64,000 bases of DNA from Candidatus Norongarragalinales archaeon (GCA_038884755.1 JAWABJ010000001.1:650188-714187), one strand, 5' to 3'. Positions 20,814 through 30,740 are shown, counted from the first letter of the stretch. The notes: generated from the sequence alone by a model not told the origin. Program-made: numbers and translations.

Positions 20814-20895
20814 TTGTCGTATTCACCCGCTGAATTTCAAAAATTTTAATTCATCATCCGAATTCGATATATAAACATTTGCAAAAGTGATTTGA

Positions 20896-21600
20896 ATGGA
20901 AAAAAATTCGGAAAAACTGTCTGAAGCGTTTTATTCTGCTGAAGCAATGCTCGGAAAAAACTATTTCGTGCACGCTTCGTTCGAAAAATACGCCGGGCTC
21001 AAAGCCAAAGTCGAGTTCAAGGACGGAAAAATAATCGCGAAAGCGAGCGACGGTTTCGAAAACGCAGAGCGCGACGTGCTCGTAGGGTTGGCGCTGGTCC
21101 TTTTGGGCGGAATGTTTCGAAAACGCATAGACAACGCTTACACGAAAGCTTACAAAGAGTTTTCCACGCGCGAGTCGTCAAGCGAATACCACGACACGCT
21201 GCGCAAGCTGCGGGGGCACAAGAGAAATTTGGATCCGAAAGGAAAATATTACAATCTAACCCCCATTCGCGACACTTTGTTCATGCTTTACCCGCACGTT
21301 CTCGGGCAAACGCCCCAACCCGCCATAGGGTGGAGCGAAAAAAAGAGCAAACGCATTTTGGGTTTTCACGACGGCGCTTTCAACGCCATCACGATCAACA
21401 GAATTCTCGACTCCGAACGCGTTCCGTTGTTCGTAGTGCAGTACGTCGTGTTTCACGAATTGCTGCACTGCAAGCACAAAGTGCTTTTCCAAAGGGGCGA
21501 GAGCATGCGGCGCACCGTACATCCGAAGGCGTTCAAGGACGACGAGAAAATGTTTTCATTGGCTGAGAAAGCAGAAGAGTGGGTTCAACGGAACCTATAA
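20896..21600 (+). CDS. SprT/M48-like zinc metallopeptidase domain protein
   Basis: I.INR.LD...VP.FVVQYVVFHELLH and H...F motifs. Confidence 0.8.
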   Translation: MEKNSEKLSEAFYSAEAMLGKNYFVHASFEKYAGLKAKVEFKDGKIIAKASDGFENAERDVLVGLALVLLGGMFRKRIDNAYTKAYKEFSTRESSSEYHDTLRKLRGHKRNLDPKGKYYNLTPIRDTLFMLYPHVLGQTPQPAIGWSEKKSKRILGFHDGAFNAITINRILDSERVPLFVVQYVVFHELLHCKHKVLFQRGESMRRTVHPKAFKDDEKMFSLAEKAEEWVQRNL

Positions 21601-21655
21601 CAAAAATCAACCAAACCAATAAATAGCAGCTATATCAATTGATATACGATGCGTT

Positions 21656-21940
21656 ATGGAGAGTGAAGTGATTTTCAAAAGCAAAGTCTTGCGTTTCCCT
21701 ACGCTGGATACGGTCTTGATGATTGAAAAAGCGGCCAAGAAGTCGTACGGCGAGAAAACCTTAACCCAGCTTTGGAAGTCTCTTCCGAAAAAAGTGATGT
21801 GGCAAACCTTCAAGACCACCATAGACTATCTAATTTATTCAGGCAAAATTCTTATCGACAAGAGAGATAATACGGTAATCTGGACTTGGGACCCCGAAGG
21901 AATAGAAAAACTGAAAAAACGGGGCCTAATTATTAGATGA
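21656..21940 (+). CDS. Winged-helix-like protein, putative antitoxin
   Basis: PTLDTVLMIE...LWKSLPKKVMWQTF..IDYL..SGKI; stop overlaps the toxin-like gene start (ATGA). Confidence 0.65.
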   Translation: MESEVIFKSKVLRFPTLDTVLMIEKAAKKSYGEKTLTQLWKSLPKKVMWQTFKTTIDYLIYSGKILIDKRDNTVIWTWDPEGIEKLKKRGLIIR

Positions 21941-22255
21941 TAGGAAAGACTAAAACGGGTAGCTTTTGCTGACGAGAAAACGAAACTAGAGTTTCAAAAA
22001 CTTGACTGCGGAAGGTTTGAAGAAAAACAGCTTTTCGAAAGTGTTAGAAAAACCATCGATGTCCTGATCGAGAATCCTTTCGTTGGAGTCAAAATTCCAA
22101 GAAAACTGTGGCCTAGAGGGTATGCGGCATATGGGATTAAGAGCTTGTGGAAATACAATCTCCCGAACGGTTGGAGGTTAATCTACACCGTAAAAAGCAA
22201 CGATGCTGAAATCATTGCAACAATCATCGAGTGGTTCGGCTACAAAAGCAAGTGA
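21937..22255 (+). pseudogene. Frameshifted RelE-like toxin
   Basis: ATG at 21937 hits TGA after 11 codons; the +1 frame reads RVAFADEK...ENPFVGVKIPRKLWP...LWKYNLPNGWRLIYTV...EWF with no start of its own. Confidence 0.65.
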
Positions 22256-22256
22256 G

Positions 22257-22562
22257 TTAAAACGCGTAGAGCTTGCGCTTGAAATCCCGCACTTTGCTTC
22301 CCTTGAAGCGAATTCCTTCGCGAGAAAGCAGTCTTTTCTTTGCCGCGGGACCGCTTTCGAAACCGCCGAGCGTTCCGTCGCTTTTCACAACCCTATGGCA
22401 CGGGCATTTCGGCATTCCCGGGCTTTTGTTCAAAGCGTTGCCTACAGCGCGCGCTGCTCGCGGCTTTCCGATTGCTTTCGCTACAAGCGCGTAAGTGGAA
22501 ACCCTGCCTTTGAGAATTCTTGCCGCAGCCTTGTGAACTTTTTCAGTAAAATCCATTTTCAT
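22257..22562 (-). CDS. ogt: O6-methylguanine-DNA methyltransferase (single-domain MGMT)
   Basis: ARAVGNAL, PCHRVV, KK.LL.REG. Confidence 0.88.
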   Translation of the reverse strand: MKMDFTEKVHKAAARILKGRVSTYALVAKAIGKPRAARAVGNALNKSPGMPKCPCHRVVKSDGTLGGFESGPAAKKRLLSREGIRFKGSKVRDFKRKLYAF

Positions 22563-23026
22563 CCCAGCAATTGCTTTTCCTTGAAAACCTGGTTGCAATA
22601 TGCACAACGCAGCTTGACCGGTTCCCTCTCCTCGACGATAAACTTGAATTGCACAGTCTTGTTGCTCTCGCAACTCGCGTTAGGGCATTTCGCCACGTCC
22701 GTAATGACTTCGGGCAAAGAAACGCGAAATTTTTCGACAGCCTTGTAATCGCGAACAATATTCACGCTTATGTAAGGAGAGAGTATCGCCAGTTTTTCCA
22801 ATTCGCTCTTCCCGATTTCCTTGCCCTCGATTTTAATCAAATCCTTGAGCCCGAATTTCGTGCTCGGAACGTTAGTCAAAAGGGTTATCGAGCCTGGAAA
22901 GCTTTCGTCGATTCCCAAAATCCTCAACACCAAGAAACTCCTGCCTGCCGGAATGTGGTCTATTACTATGCCCCGCTCGATTTTCCTCGCCTTCAAAAAC
23001 TCGTTGTCTTCGCTCAAATCACTCAA
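22559..23026 (-). CDS. pyrI: Aspartate carbamoyltransferase regulatory chain
   Basis: G.VIDHIPAG, KDLIKIE, CPN..C, RC.YC. Confidence 0.93.
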   Translation of the reverse strand: MSDLSEDNEFLKARKIERGIVIDHIPAGRSFLVLRILGIDESFPGSITLLTNVPSTKFGLKDLIKIEGKEIGKSELEKLAILSPYISVNIVRDYKAVEKFRVSLPEVITDVAKCPNASCESNKTVQFKFIVEEREPVKLRCAYCNQVFKEKQLLG

Positions 23027-26000
23027 CCCTCTCGAATTGTTTTGCCGTTTCCAAAGCCACGTCGTTCAACGAAATGATTCCGAAGTCCTTGAATTTATGC
23101 AGGCTGTCGGCAATGCGAACGGCCTGAAACGCACCCATGACCAAAGGAATCTTGCGCGCTATCGCCTTTTTCCTCAATTCGCTTTCCTTCGCGTTGTTGA
23201 AACTCACGACGAAAGAAACCTCTCCTTGTTCCATCAGCTCCCGCCAGTCTTGCGCGTTCGTATAAACTTTCAAGCCCGCATCTGAATACTTGTGCACCAA
23301 GAGTTTTTTCCACTTTCCGCAATCGCCGACGAAAACGCTTTTGCCGAAGCGCATTCCGGCTGCGAGCAGCGCTTTCCCGAACGCTTCCTCGAAATTGTCC
23401 GCGATTCCCATGGTTTCGCCGGTGGATTTCATTTCCGCGCCTACGACAGGGTCAACTTCGGGAAAGCGGTTGAACGGGAAAACGGGCATTTTAACGCAGT
23501 AGTATTTCGATTCGGCAATTTCCGGAAACCCTTCGAGAGTCATTACTCCCGCCTGGATTTTAGCAGCTATCTTTGCAATGGGCATTCCTATTGCTTTACT
23601 AACGAAAGGAACGGTTCGCGAAGCGCGCGGGTTAACTTCCAAAACGAACGCTTCGTCGCCCTTAACAACGATTTGAATGTTGCATAGTCCTTTGATTTGC
23701 ATGGCGAGAGCGATTTTCTTTGAATAATCGATGGCTTTAGCTTTCGCTTTTGGCGAAATGCTTATCGTGGGTATGACGCAAGCGCTGTCTCCCGAATGAA
23801 TTCCGGCTTCGTCAACCTGTTCCATCACTCCCGCAATAAACACTTTCGAACCGTCGCCCACCAAGTCAATGTCGAGTTCGGTTGCGTCTTCAATAAAGTG
23901 GTCTATGAGCAGCGGGTGTCCTTCGGAAACGTCAATCGCTTCGACGATTTTCTCGCGCAACTCGCTTTCATTATGCACCAAATGCATTGCCCTTCCGCCC
24001 AAAACGTAAGAAGGGCGGATGAGCAGGGGATAGCCGACATCTGAAGCGATGGCAAACGCCTCTTGCTCGTCAAACGCCAACCCGCTTTCGACAATCGGAA
24101 TTTTCAAGTCTTTCATGAGTTTCTTGAACTTCTTGCGGTCTTCAGCAATGTCGATGGCTTCAACGCTCGTTCCTAGAATGGGAATTTTGTTTTCGCGCAA
24201 AGGCAATGCCAAGTTTATGGACGTCTGGCCGCCGAACTGCACTGCTACGCCTTCAATCTCGCCTTCTTGCTTTACGACGTTCAAAACGTCTTCAATCTTC
24301 AAAGGCTCGAAATACAAACGCGAGGAAATGTCGAAGTCAGTGGAAACAGTCTCGGGATTGTTGTTTATGATAATGGCTTCAAAACCCTCTTCCTTCAACG
24401 CTGCAACGGCATGCACCGTGCAGTAATCGAATTCTATTCCCTGCCCGATGCGTATTGGCCCGGACCCGAGAATTATTACCTTGCGTTTTGCTTTTCCAGG
24501 CTCAACCTCGTTTTGCCCGTCGGACGTCGAATAGTAATAAGGCGTCAAAGCTTGAAATTCGCCTGCGCAAGTGTCGACCATCTTGAAGGAAGCGTGCAGC
24601 CCTTGCTTTTCGCGCATGAAGCGGATTACTTCAACCGAACGGCCGGAGTATTTGCTCACCATCACGTCCGACAACGATTGTTTCTTGGCTTTCTCGAGCG
24701 TATCCTCGTTGAAATTGTCTTTCAACTCTTCCTCGACCAACGCAACGTTCTTGATTTTCTCCAAAAACCAAGGATTGATTTTCGTAGCGTGAGCAATTTC
24801 CTCGACTGAATAGCGTTTTAACGCGGCGAGCAAGTCGAAAATGCGCGTTTCAGTAGGCTTTTCTAACGCCTCCAGCGAAACGAGCTTCGAGTATCTCCTC
24901 TTCTCGACCGAACGCAACGCCTTGTTGTACGCTTCTTCGAAAGTCCTTCCAATCGCCATCGTTTCGCCAGTGGAACGCATGCTCGTTCCAATCTCGTTTT
25001 CAGCATACAGTTTGTCGAAAGGCCAGCGAGGCACTTTCAACACAACGTAATCAAGCGCAGGTTCAAACATCGCGCTTTTACCCGTAATCTCGTTTTCCAC
25101 GTCAATCAAAGAATATCCTAGCGCGAGTTTCGCGGCAATGCGCGCAATCGGATAGCCAGTCGCCTTAGATGCAAGCGCGCTCGAACGCGAAGTGCGCGGG
25201 TTGACTTCTATAACGTAGTATTCGCCTGAAGACTGGTCTAGAGCGAATTGAATGTTGCACGCTCCAACCACGCCCAACGCGCGTACGACTTTAATCGCAG
25301 CACTTCGCAGTTTCTGGTGGTCGTCGTCGCTCAGAGTTTGCGCTGGCGCGACTACGACGCTTTCGCCCGTATGAATGCCCATAGGGTCGATATTTTCCAT
25401 GCTGCAAATGGTAATGCAATTGTCGAAAGAATCGCGTATAACCTCATACTCCATTTCGCACAAACCGGCAACGCTCTTCTCCACCAAAAGCTCGCCGGAC
25501 CCGCTCGAGGCAAAGCAACTCTTGCCTTTTTCCTCGATTTCTTCTTCCCGCTCGACAATCATTGTTCCCATTCCACCCAAATTGAAGTCAGGGCGCAGGA
25601 TTACGGGCAAGCCAATCGTTCCAACCGCTTTCTTCAACTCTTCAATATTCTTCACGCGCAAGCTCTGAGGAACCGGCTCGCCAATCTTCAAAAGCAAATC
25701 CCTGAATTTCTCCCTGTCTTCAGCCAATTCGATAGTTTCAATGCTCGTTCCCAAAACTTTGACTCCTTTTTCCTTCAGGAAATCGCGCAGTTCAATCGCT
25801 AGGTTAAGGCTGGTTTGCCCGCTCATGGTCGCAATAAACCCGTCCGGCTTTTCCTTTTCTATTATTTTGCGGATTGTTTCGCCAGTCAAAGGCTCAAGAT
25901 ACACAATATCGGCTGTATCCAAGTCTGTTTGAATCGTGGCAGGGTTGGAATTAACCAAAACCACTTGCACTCCTTCTTCTTTCAAAGCCAAGCAAGCTTG

Positions 26001-26084
26001 CGCTCCGCTGTAATCGAATTCTGCAGCTTGTCCAATAACTATGGGGCCGCTTCCAACAAGCAAGACTTTCTTTGGCTTGTTCAT
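23019..26084 (-). CDS. carB: Carbamoyl-phosphate synthase large chain
   Basis: GSGPIVIGQAAEFDYSG, GIHTGES, EVNPR, GSGPIRIGQGIEFDY; start MNKPKK overlaps carA stop. Confidence 0.97.
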   Translation of the reverse strand: MNKPKKVLLVGSGPIVIGQAAEFDYSGAQACLALKEEGVQVVLVNSNPATIQTDLDTADIVYLEPLTGETIRKIIEKEKPDGFIATMSGQTSLNLAIELRDFLKEKGVKVLGTSIETIELAEDREKFRDLLLKIGEPVPQSLRVKNIEELKKAVGTIGLPVILRPDFNLGGMGTMIVEREEEIEEKGKSCFASSGSGELLVEKSVAGLCEMEYEVIRDSFDNCITICSMENIDPMGIHTGESVVVAPAQTLSDDDHQKLRSAAIKVVRALGVVGACNIQFALDQSSGEYYVIEVNPRTSRSSALASKATGYPIARIAAKLALGYSLIDVENEITGKSAMFEPALDYVVLKVPRWPFDKLYAENEIGTSMRSTGETMAIGRTFEEAYNKALRSVEKRRYSKLVSLEALEKPTETRIFDLLAALKRYSVEEIAHATKINPWFLEKIKNVALVEEELKDNFNEDTLEKAKKQSLSDVMVSKYSGRSVEVIRFMREKQGLHASFKMVDTCAGEFQALTPYYYSTSDGQNEVEPGKAKRKVIILGSGPIRIGQGIEFDYCTVHAVAALKEEGFEAIIINNNPETVSTDFDISSRLYFEPLKIEDVLNVVKQEGEIEGVAVQFGGQTSINLALPLRENKIPILGTSVEAIDIAEDRKKFKKLMKDLKIPIVESGLAFDEQEAFAIASDVGYPLLIRPSYVLGGRAMHLVHNESELREKIVEAIDVSEGHPLLIDHFIEDATELDIDLVGDGSKVFIAGVMEQVDEAGIHSGDSACVIPTISISPKAKAKAIDYSKKIALAMQIKGLCNIQIVVKGDEAFVLEVNPRASRTVPFVSKAIGMPIAKIAAKIQAGVMTLEGFPEIAESKYYCVKMPVFPFNRFPEVDPVVGAEMKSTGETMGIADNFEEAFGKALLAAGMRFGKSVFVGDCGKWKKLLVHKYSDAGLKVYTNAQDWRELMEQGEVSFVVSFNNAKESELRKKAIARKIPLVMGAFQAVRIADSLHKFKDFGIISLNDVALETAKQFERVE

Positions 26085-27220
26085 TTCATCAACTTCAAAA
26101 ACTCTTCGAAATAAAACGCCGCGTCGTAAGGCCCGGGATTCGCTTCGGGATGGAATTGGATGGAAAAAGCAGGCAATTCTTTGTGGCGCAAGCCTTCGTT
26201 CGTGCCGTCCAAACAATTCACAAGCGTTTCCTCAGCTTCCTTAGGCAAAGACTTCGCGTCTACAGCATAACCGTGGTTTTGCGACGTAACGAACGCCCGT
26301 TCGGTATTAACATCCCTAACTGCGTGGTTCGCCCCGCGGTGTCCAAACTTCAGTTTGAACGTTTTAGCGCCCAACGCGCTCGCCAAAAGCTGGTGGCCCA
26401 AGCAAATGCCGAAAACAGGCTTTTTGCCCAACAGCTTTTTGATTTCAGCAACTTCCTTCGCACAAACGACCGGATCTCCAGGCCCGTTCGAAAGCATAAT
26501 CCCGTCAAAATCGTTTTTCAACACTTCTTCCGCCTTTGTGAAATGCGGAAATACTGTTACTGAACAACCGCGTGCAAGCAAATTGTGCACTTGGCTTGTT
26601 TTAGCGCCGTAATCCATCAAAGCAACCCGGAATTTCTCGTTCTTGGCGGCAAAAGTCTGAAGCTTTTTCTCGCTCACCCTCTCGACGAAATTAACGCCAG
26701 CATAATCAAACTTTTCCAATTGCTTCAAAGCGTTTTCTTTCACGTTTCCGAAGTCGCTTTCGTTAATCGCACCTTTCCAGGTAACTAATGCGGACGGCAA
26801 AACGCCGTGCTCACGAATCTTGCGCACAATCGCGCGCGAATCCACGCCAGCAATGCCCGAAACGCCTTGCTCTTTCAGCAATGCGTCGAGGCTCTTGCGT
26901 GAAGCGTAATGGGTTGGCGTTTTACAGGCTTCCCTCACTACAACGCCGTTAGCCCAAACTTTATTCTCGAAAGACTCGAAAGCGCTTTCGCCCACGCCGT
27001 AATTGCCTATCAACGGATACGCAAAAGTGAGAATTTGGCCGGCGTAAGAAGGGTCGGACAAAGACTCTTGAAAGCCCATCATGGATGTAGTAAAAACAAG
27101 CTCGCCGGTCGAATAGCCTTCAGCGCCCAAGGCTTGGCCTAGAATTACGGAATTGTCGTCGAGAAATAGAGCTGCGGACGCCTTAGAAAGAGAACGGGAG
27201 GAGACGGAAGACAACGGCAT
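26081..27220 (-). CDS. carA: Carbamoyl-phosphate synthase small chain
   Basis: GELVFTT.M.G.QESLSDPSYAGQ, SNGPGDP, GICLGHQ, QFHPEANPGP. Confidence 0.96.
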   Translation of the reverse strand: MPLSSVSSRSLSKASAALFLDDNSVILGQALGAEGYSTGELVFTTSMMGFQESLSDPSYAGQILTFAYPLIGNYGVGESAFESFENKVWANGVVVREACKTPTHYASRKSLDALLKEQGVSGIAGVDSRAIVRKIREHGVLPSALVTWKGAINESDFGNVKENALKQLEKFDYAGVNFVERVSEKKLQTFAAKNEKFRVALMDYGAKTSQVHNLLARGCSVTVFPHFTKAEEVLKNDFDGIMLSNGPGDPVVCAKEVAEIKKLLGKKPVFGICLGHQLLASALGAKTFKLKFGHRGANHAVRDVNTERAFVTSQNHGYAVDAKSLPKEAEETLVNCLDGTNEGLRHKELPAFSIQFHPEANPGPYDAAFYFEEFLKLMK

Positions 27221-27354
27221 GAAGCCGCCTGAAACACCTTCAACCCCACTAAACATAGCAATCTAAAATACTACTTTGCGGTGCAAGGAATAAAAGCCTT
27301 TGCGACTAGCACTGGAAAGCTACTCTAATTAAGTTTAAAAACCCTGAATTAGTC

Positions 27355-28230
27355 GTGGTTAAGACGAAGAAAATGATAAGCAAGTATTTGAATAAGCTCT
27401 ATGTTAGAGACTGCCTTAGCTTCATGAAAGAGCTACCGGCAGGCAGCATAGACGTTATAGTAACTTCGCCACCATACAACATAGGCAAAGAGTACACTAC
27501 CTACAAAGACGATAAAACTAGGATAGAGTATCTCGACTGGATGGAACAAGTAGCTATAGAGAGCAAACGAGTATTGAAAGAAAACGGCTCGTTCTTTCTT
27601 AATGTTGGCGGAAAACCGTCGGACCTTGCTATTCCTTACGATGTTGAAAACCGGTTTAGAAAATACTTTGTCTTACAAAACGACATCATTTGGGTTAAAT
27701 CAATAACAATCACTAAGGAAGATGTCGGCAAGTCTAATGGCTTAAGAAGTGACGTTTCGGTAGGTCACTATAAGCCGATTCAAAGCAACAGGTTCCTAAA
27801 CAATTGCCACGAAAACATATTTCATTTTACTAAACATGGCAAAACAGAGGTAGACAAGCTTTCAATTGGAGTGCCTTATCAATACAAATCTAACATAGAA
27901 CGCTGGGGTAAGACAGAAGACAGAAGGGATAGGGGGGATGTTTGGTTTATCCCTTACGAAACGATACAAAGCCACAGACCACACCCGGCTACGTTTCCAG
28001 AAAAACTACCGCTAATGTGCATTAAACTACACGGAGTAAAGAAGGACATTGTAGTTTACGATCCATTCATGGGAGTTGGAAACACGCCGTTGGCATGCCT
28101 AGAATTGGGAGTAAATTATATTGGCACCGACATCGATAAAGGATATGTTGAAATGGCTGAAGAGTTTATTCGAGAAAAGAAGGCTCAAGCCAGATTAGCT
28201 ACAAAGCTCGTATCTCTTTCAGAAGAGTAA
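27355..28230 (+). CDS. Site-specific DNA methyltransferase (beta class, probably N4-cytosine)
   Basis: TSPPY catalytic motif before HPATFP and DPFMGVG SAM motif; lower GC than backbone. Confidence 0.9.
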   Translation: MVKTKKMISKYLNKLYVRDCLSFMKELPAGSIDVIVTSPPYNIGKEYTTYKDDKTRIEYLDWMEQVAIESKRVLKENGSFFLNVGGKPSDLAIPYDVENRFRKYFVLQNDIIWVKSITITKEDVGKSNGLRSDVSVGHYKPIQSNRFLNNCHENIFHFTKHGKTEVDKLSIGVPYQYKSNIERWGKTEDRRDRGDVWFIPYETIQSHRPHPATFPEKLPLMCIKLHGVKKDIVVYDPFMGVGNTPLACLELGVNYIGTDIDKGYVEMAEEFIREKKAQARLATKLVSLSEE

Positions 28231-28681
28231 GCGCTTTTTTACGAGAAATTTTCGTAGTAGTGCTTAATTTTTTATCGTTCCACCATTCAAGCACTTGCCC
28301 AACAGGGACGATCCAAAAAGGAATATCTGGAAAAGATTCGATGTCAGAAATTATGAAACCTTCAATTTCTCTAAGTTTCTTGAGAAAGCCTTCTTTGCCA
28401 AAAGACCGCCCAGAGCCAACCATGTAACTAGGCGAGAAGTAAATACCAGCCTTTGTGATGCTTCGAACTTCCCACTTGCCGCCTTTAGAATCTAAAAGGT
28501 CAAAACCTGCCCCTTCGCTTGGTGCAAGTTTACCATGCAAAACCTCGTAAGCAAGACGACGCTCTAACAAAAACGAAACGCGCCTCCCGTCAGTGAAGTA
28601 AAGCCTAACATCTGCTTCAGTTATTTTGAGAGCATTAGCTATCGCTTTAATATTCCAAGTAAACTTGCCGCTTGCTTTCAT
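28199..28681 (-). CDS. Putative small type II restriction endonuclease (PvuII-like)
   Basis: EGAGFDLLDSKGGKWEVRSI resembles the PvuII core EGNDAVDNAGQEYELKSI; 160 aa; convergent with the MTase. Confidence 0.6.
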   Translation of the reverse strand: MKASGKFTWNIKAIANALKITEADVRLYFTDGRRVSFLLERRLAYEVLHGKLAPSEGAGFDLLDSKGGKWEVRSITKAGIYFSPSYMVGSGRSFGKEGFLKKLREIEGFIISDIESFPDIPFWIVPVGQVLEWWNDKKLSTTTKISRKKALTLLKEIRAL

Positions 28682-28729
28682 GAAAGAATAAACTAAAAGG
28701 GAATTTAAATAAACCCCTAAAAAAAAGGG

Positions 28730-29689
28730 TTAGCGGACTTTGAATTTACTTTTTATCCCCGCCTGTTCAAAGTGTTCTTTAAGCGAATCTATAAGAGCTT
28801 CAGTCATTGAATTTATTGCCTTGTGGCTAGTCCCCATCGCACCCCATTCACAGTCTGTGGACCATTGTTCCGATTTCATTTTTGGAATAATGCGCAAAAT
28901 CTTTTCAAAGGTTTCAGCGGTTATTTCCTTGTTTGGATCAACATAGTTAAGTACGATGTATCGAAATAGCTTATTCATCACAAACACTCCGGTCCGTCTG
29001 AACAAAACATATTTTGTGGGCTGGGCATGTGCTTCAGAACAAATGTTTCTTATCGCAATCCAATAGTGATCTAGCATTTTTTCTAATATTTCGGTTGGCG
29101 TTCCTTTTAGATCGGATTTGAATATCGGCTCAAGAGAATCGGTAAATGCCTTTTGATTAATAAATGCCCCAGATCTCGGTTCTTCGTTAGCCATCTGGAT
29201 TCGGGTAGACCACACTTTTGAGGATCTATTTAGATATTCTGCTATTGCTAAAGCGTGCGGCTTCCAGTCAATACCACTAATTACTTGTTGAGGAAGGTTT
29301 GCCTTTGATACCCCGATCGTCCCTCCAAATTCTTCCTTTATATGAGGAAGAAACTGCTCTGCTAGATCAGTTGGAACGCCTCGTTGAGTTTTATTCATTA
29401 TAACAAACTGCAGCATCTCAGTGAACTCGATATTTTTTAGACCAGCGGCTTTAGGATCAACCCACAAATTCGGACAGATTATTATTACTGGAAAAGGGTA
29501 TTCTTCAACTCGTTCATCTCCAGGAGGAAAGGAATCGATGAGTTTTCGAAGACCGGCTATCCTGTGTTGGCCATCAACTTGCCAAAGTTTCTGATTAGGT
29601 GGCAAACGAATTTCGCCAAAACTACCGTTAACTTTCTTGAAGATAGGCGTTTTGTCTCTGGAATAGGCGCTGACTTTTCTTTTTTTCAC
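28730..29689 (-). CDS. DGQHR (DndB-like) domain protein, apparently 5'-truncated
   Basis: VDGQHRIAGL and F...NKTQRGV motifs; the nominal GTG start lies in the 23S processing stem. Confidence 0.7.
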   Translation of the reverse strand: MKKRKVSAYSRDKTPIFKKVNGSFGEIRLPPNQKLWQVDGQHRIAGLRKLIDSFPPGDERVEEYPFPVIIICPNLWVDPKAAGLKNIEFTEMLQFVIMNKTQRGVPTDLAEQFLPHIKEEFGGTIGVSKANLPQQVISGIDWKPHALAIAEYLNRSSKVWSTRIQMANEEPRSGAFINQKAFTDSLEPIFKSDLKGTPTEILEKMLDHYWIAIRNICSEAHAQPTKYVLFRRTGVFVMNKLFRYIVLNYVDPNKEITAETFEKILRIIPKMKSEQWSTDCEWGAMGTSHKAINSMTEALIDSLKEHFEQAGIKSKFKVR

Positions 29690-29716
29690 GCTGTGCAGGT
29701 TTTCTCGAGGGGTAGT
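29681..29716 (-). other. 3' arm of the 23S precursor processing stem (pairs with ~34480-34516; BHB helix TCAT/GTGA)
   Basis: Leader TTTTCAT-GAA-GCTGTGCAGGTTTATCGAGGAGTAGT is complementary to trailer ACTACCCCTCGAGAAAACCTGCACAGC-GTGA-AAA. Confidence 0.8.
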
Positions 29717-29896
29717 CTCACGATTAGAAACATCAAAGCTTTACAGCTCTGCTTCCAAACAATTGTGAGGTTATGGTCGTTAGTAACGCTCGGCTGAACA
29801 CCTCGCTTGCGCTTGGTGCGTACACCTGCGTCCTATCAAACTCATCTGCTATGAGTGACCTAAGCCGCTTCGTTTCAGGATTGGCTTCGTCCTTAG

Positions 29897-29943
29897 CTAG
29901 GCAGCAGTTTTTCCAAGGTTTTTTTCCTACGGAAAAAAAGCTT
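29897..29943 (-). other. 47-nt BHB intron in 23S (~E. coli 2754)
   Basis: Helix AGGC/GCCT with 3-nt bulges; removal restores GAAGGCAT|CTAAG. Confidence 0.85.
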
Positions 29944-30038
29944 ATGCCTTCAGGACTTATCCTAATGGCGCGTGGCTACCCTGCTTGCTTGCAAACAACA
30001 GGCGAACCAGAGGCGCCGGATCGATGTTCCTCTCGTAC

Positions 30039-30740
30039 TTATCGATCCTTCCCTTCAAGCGGCCAAACAATCCTAAAAGATGCAACCGAACTGTCTATGT
30101 CGCCTCTTCTAGAACGCTTAAGCAATTCAAAACGAAACACTTTATCCGGATGAGCCGAATCAAAACAATCGTAAAACTTCAACACTTGCTCGCTCCCGTG
30201 AACCATCAACGCAAACATTTGCGTTTGGCTTCCTTTCTTAACGTACGGCCCGCAAACGCGTCCGCAGCGAACTCCGAATTCGGAAACGATTTCCTTTATT
30301 TCGCCCAGAACACCCTGGTTGGCTTGAGCCAAATAAACCCGAATGTCCTTTTCAGGAATGTTCAAAGTCGTTTTCTCGAAGGAATTAACGCTTCCCTCCG
30401 CATCGAAAAAACCCCGGACGTAAGCCGCCTTAAGTTCTCCAGAGCCTTTTGAAATCCACGTTGGGGTTAGCCAAGTGGATTGGTCTCCGTTGAATTCAGC
30501 GAACTTCGAAAGTTCTTGAAAAACTTTCTTGGAAGTAATGCTCAAACACCAAACGCCATGCCGCTCGTCGAAGTAAAAGCTAGCGTTCTTGCCGAAATTC
30601 CTTTCGAGAATTCCGGCCAAAAGCTCGAGCCATCGTTTGCTCTTTTGGTAAAACCCGATTCGATAAATGCCTTGTTCAGGAATGCTCGTGATGTTTCCAT
30701 CACGCAAGGCTCCGATCAAGTAAGCGATTTCTTCATTCAC
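30039..30740 (-). CDS. Double-motif LAGLIDADG homing endonuclease (no stop inside the intron)
   Basis: AYLIGALRDG and YVRGFFDAEG motifs; probable GTG start at 30740. Confidence 0.85.
   Translation of the reverse strand: MNEEIAYLIGALRDGNITSIPEQGIYRIGFYQKSKRWLELLAGILERNFGKNASFYFDERHGVWCLSITSKKVFQELSKFAEFNGDQSTWLTPTWISKGSGELKAAYVRGFFDAEGSVNSFEKTTLNIPEKDIRVYLAQANQGVLGEIKEIVSEFGVRCGRVCGPYVKKGSQTQMFALMVHGSEQVLKFYDCFDSAHPDKVFRFELLKRSRRGDIDSSVASFRIVWPLEGKDR

Noticed and set aside
28730..29689. Dnd phosphorothioation system
   Set aside because: Only a lone, truncated DGQHR domain; no dndCDE or ssp genes in the window
29690..29775. 5S rRNA after 23S
   Set aside because: No 5S-like sequence; the segment is the processing-stem trailer
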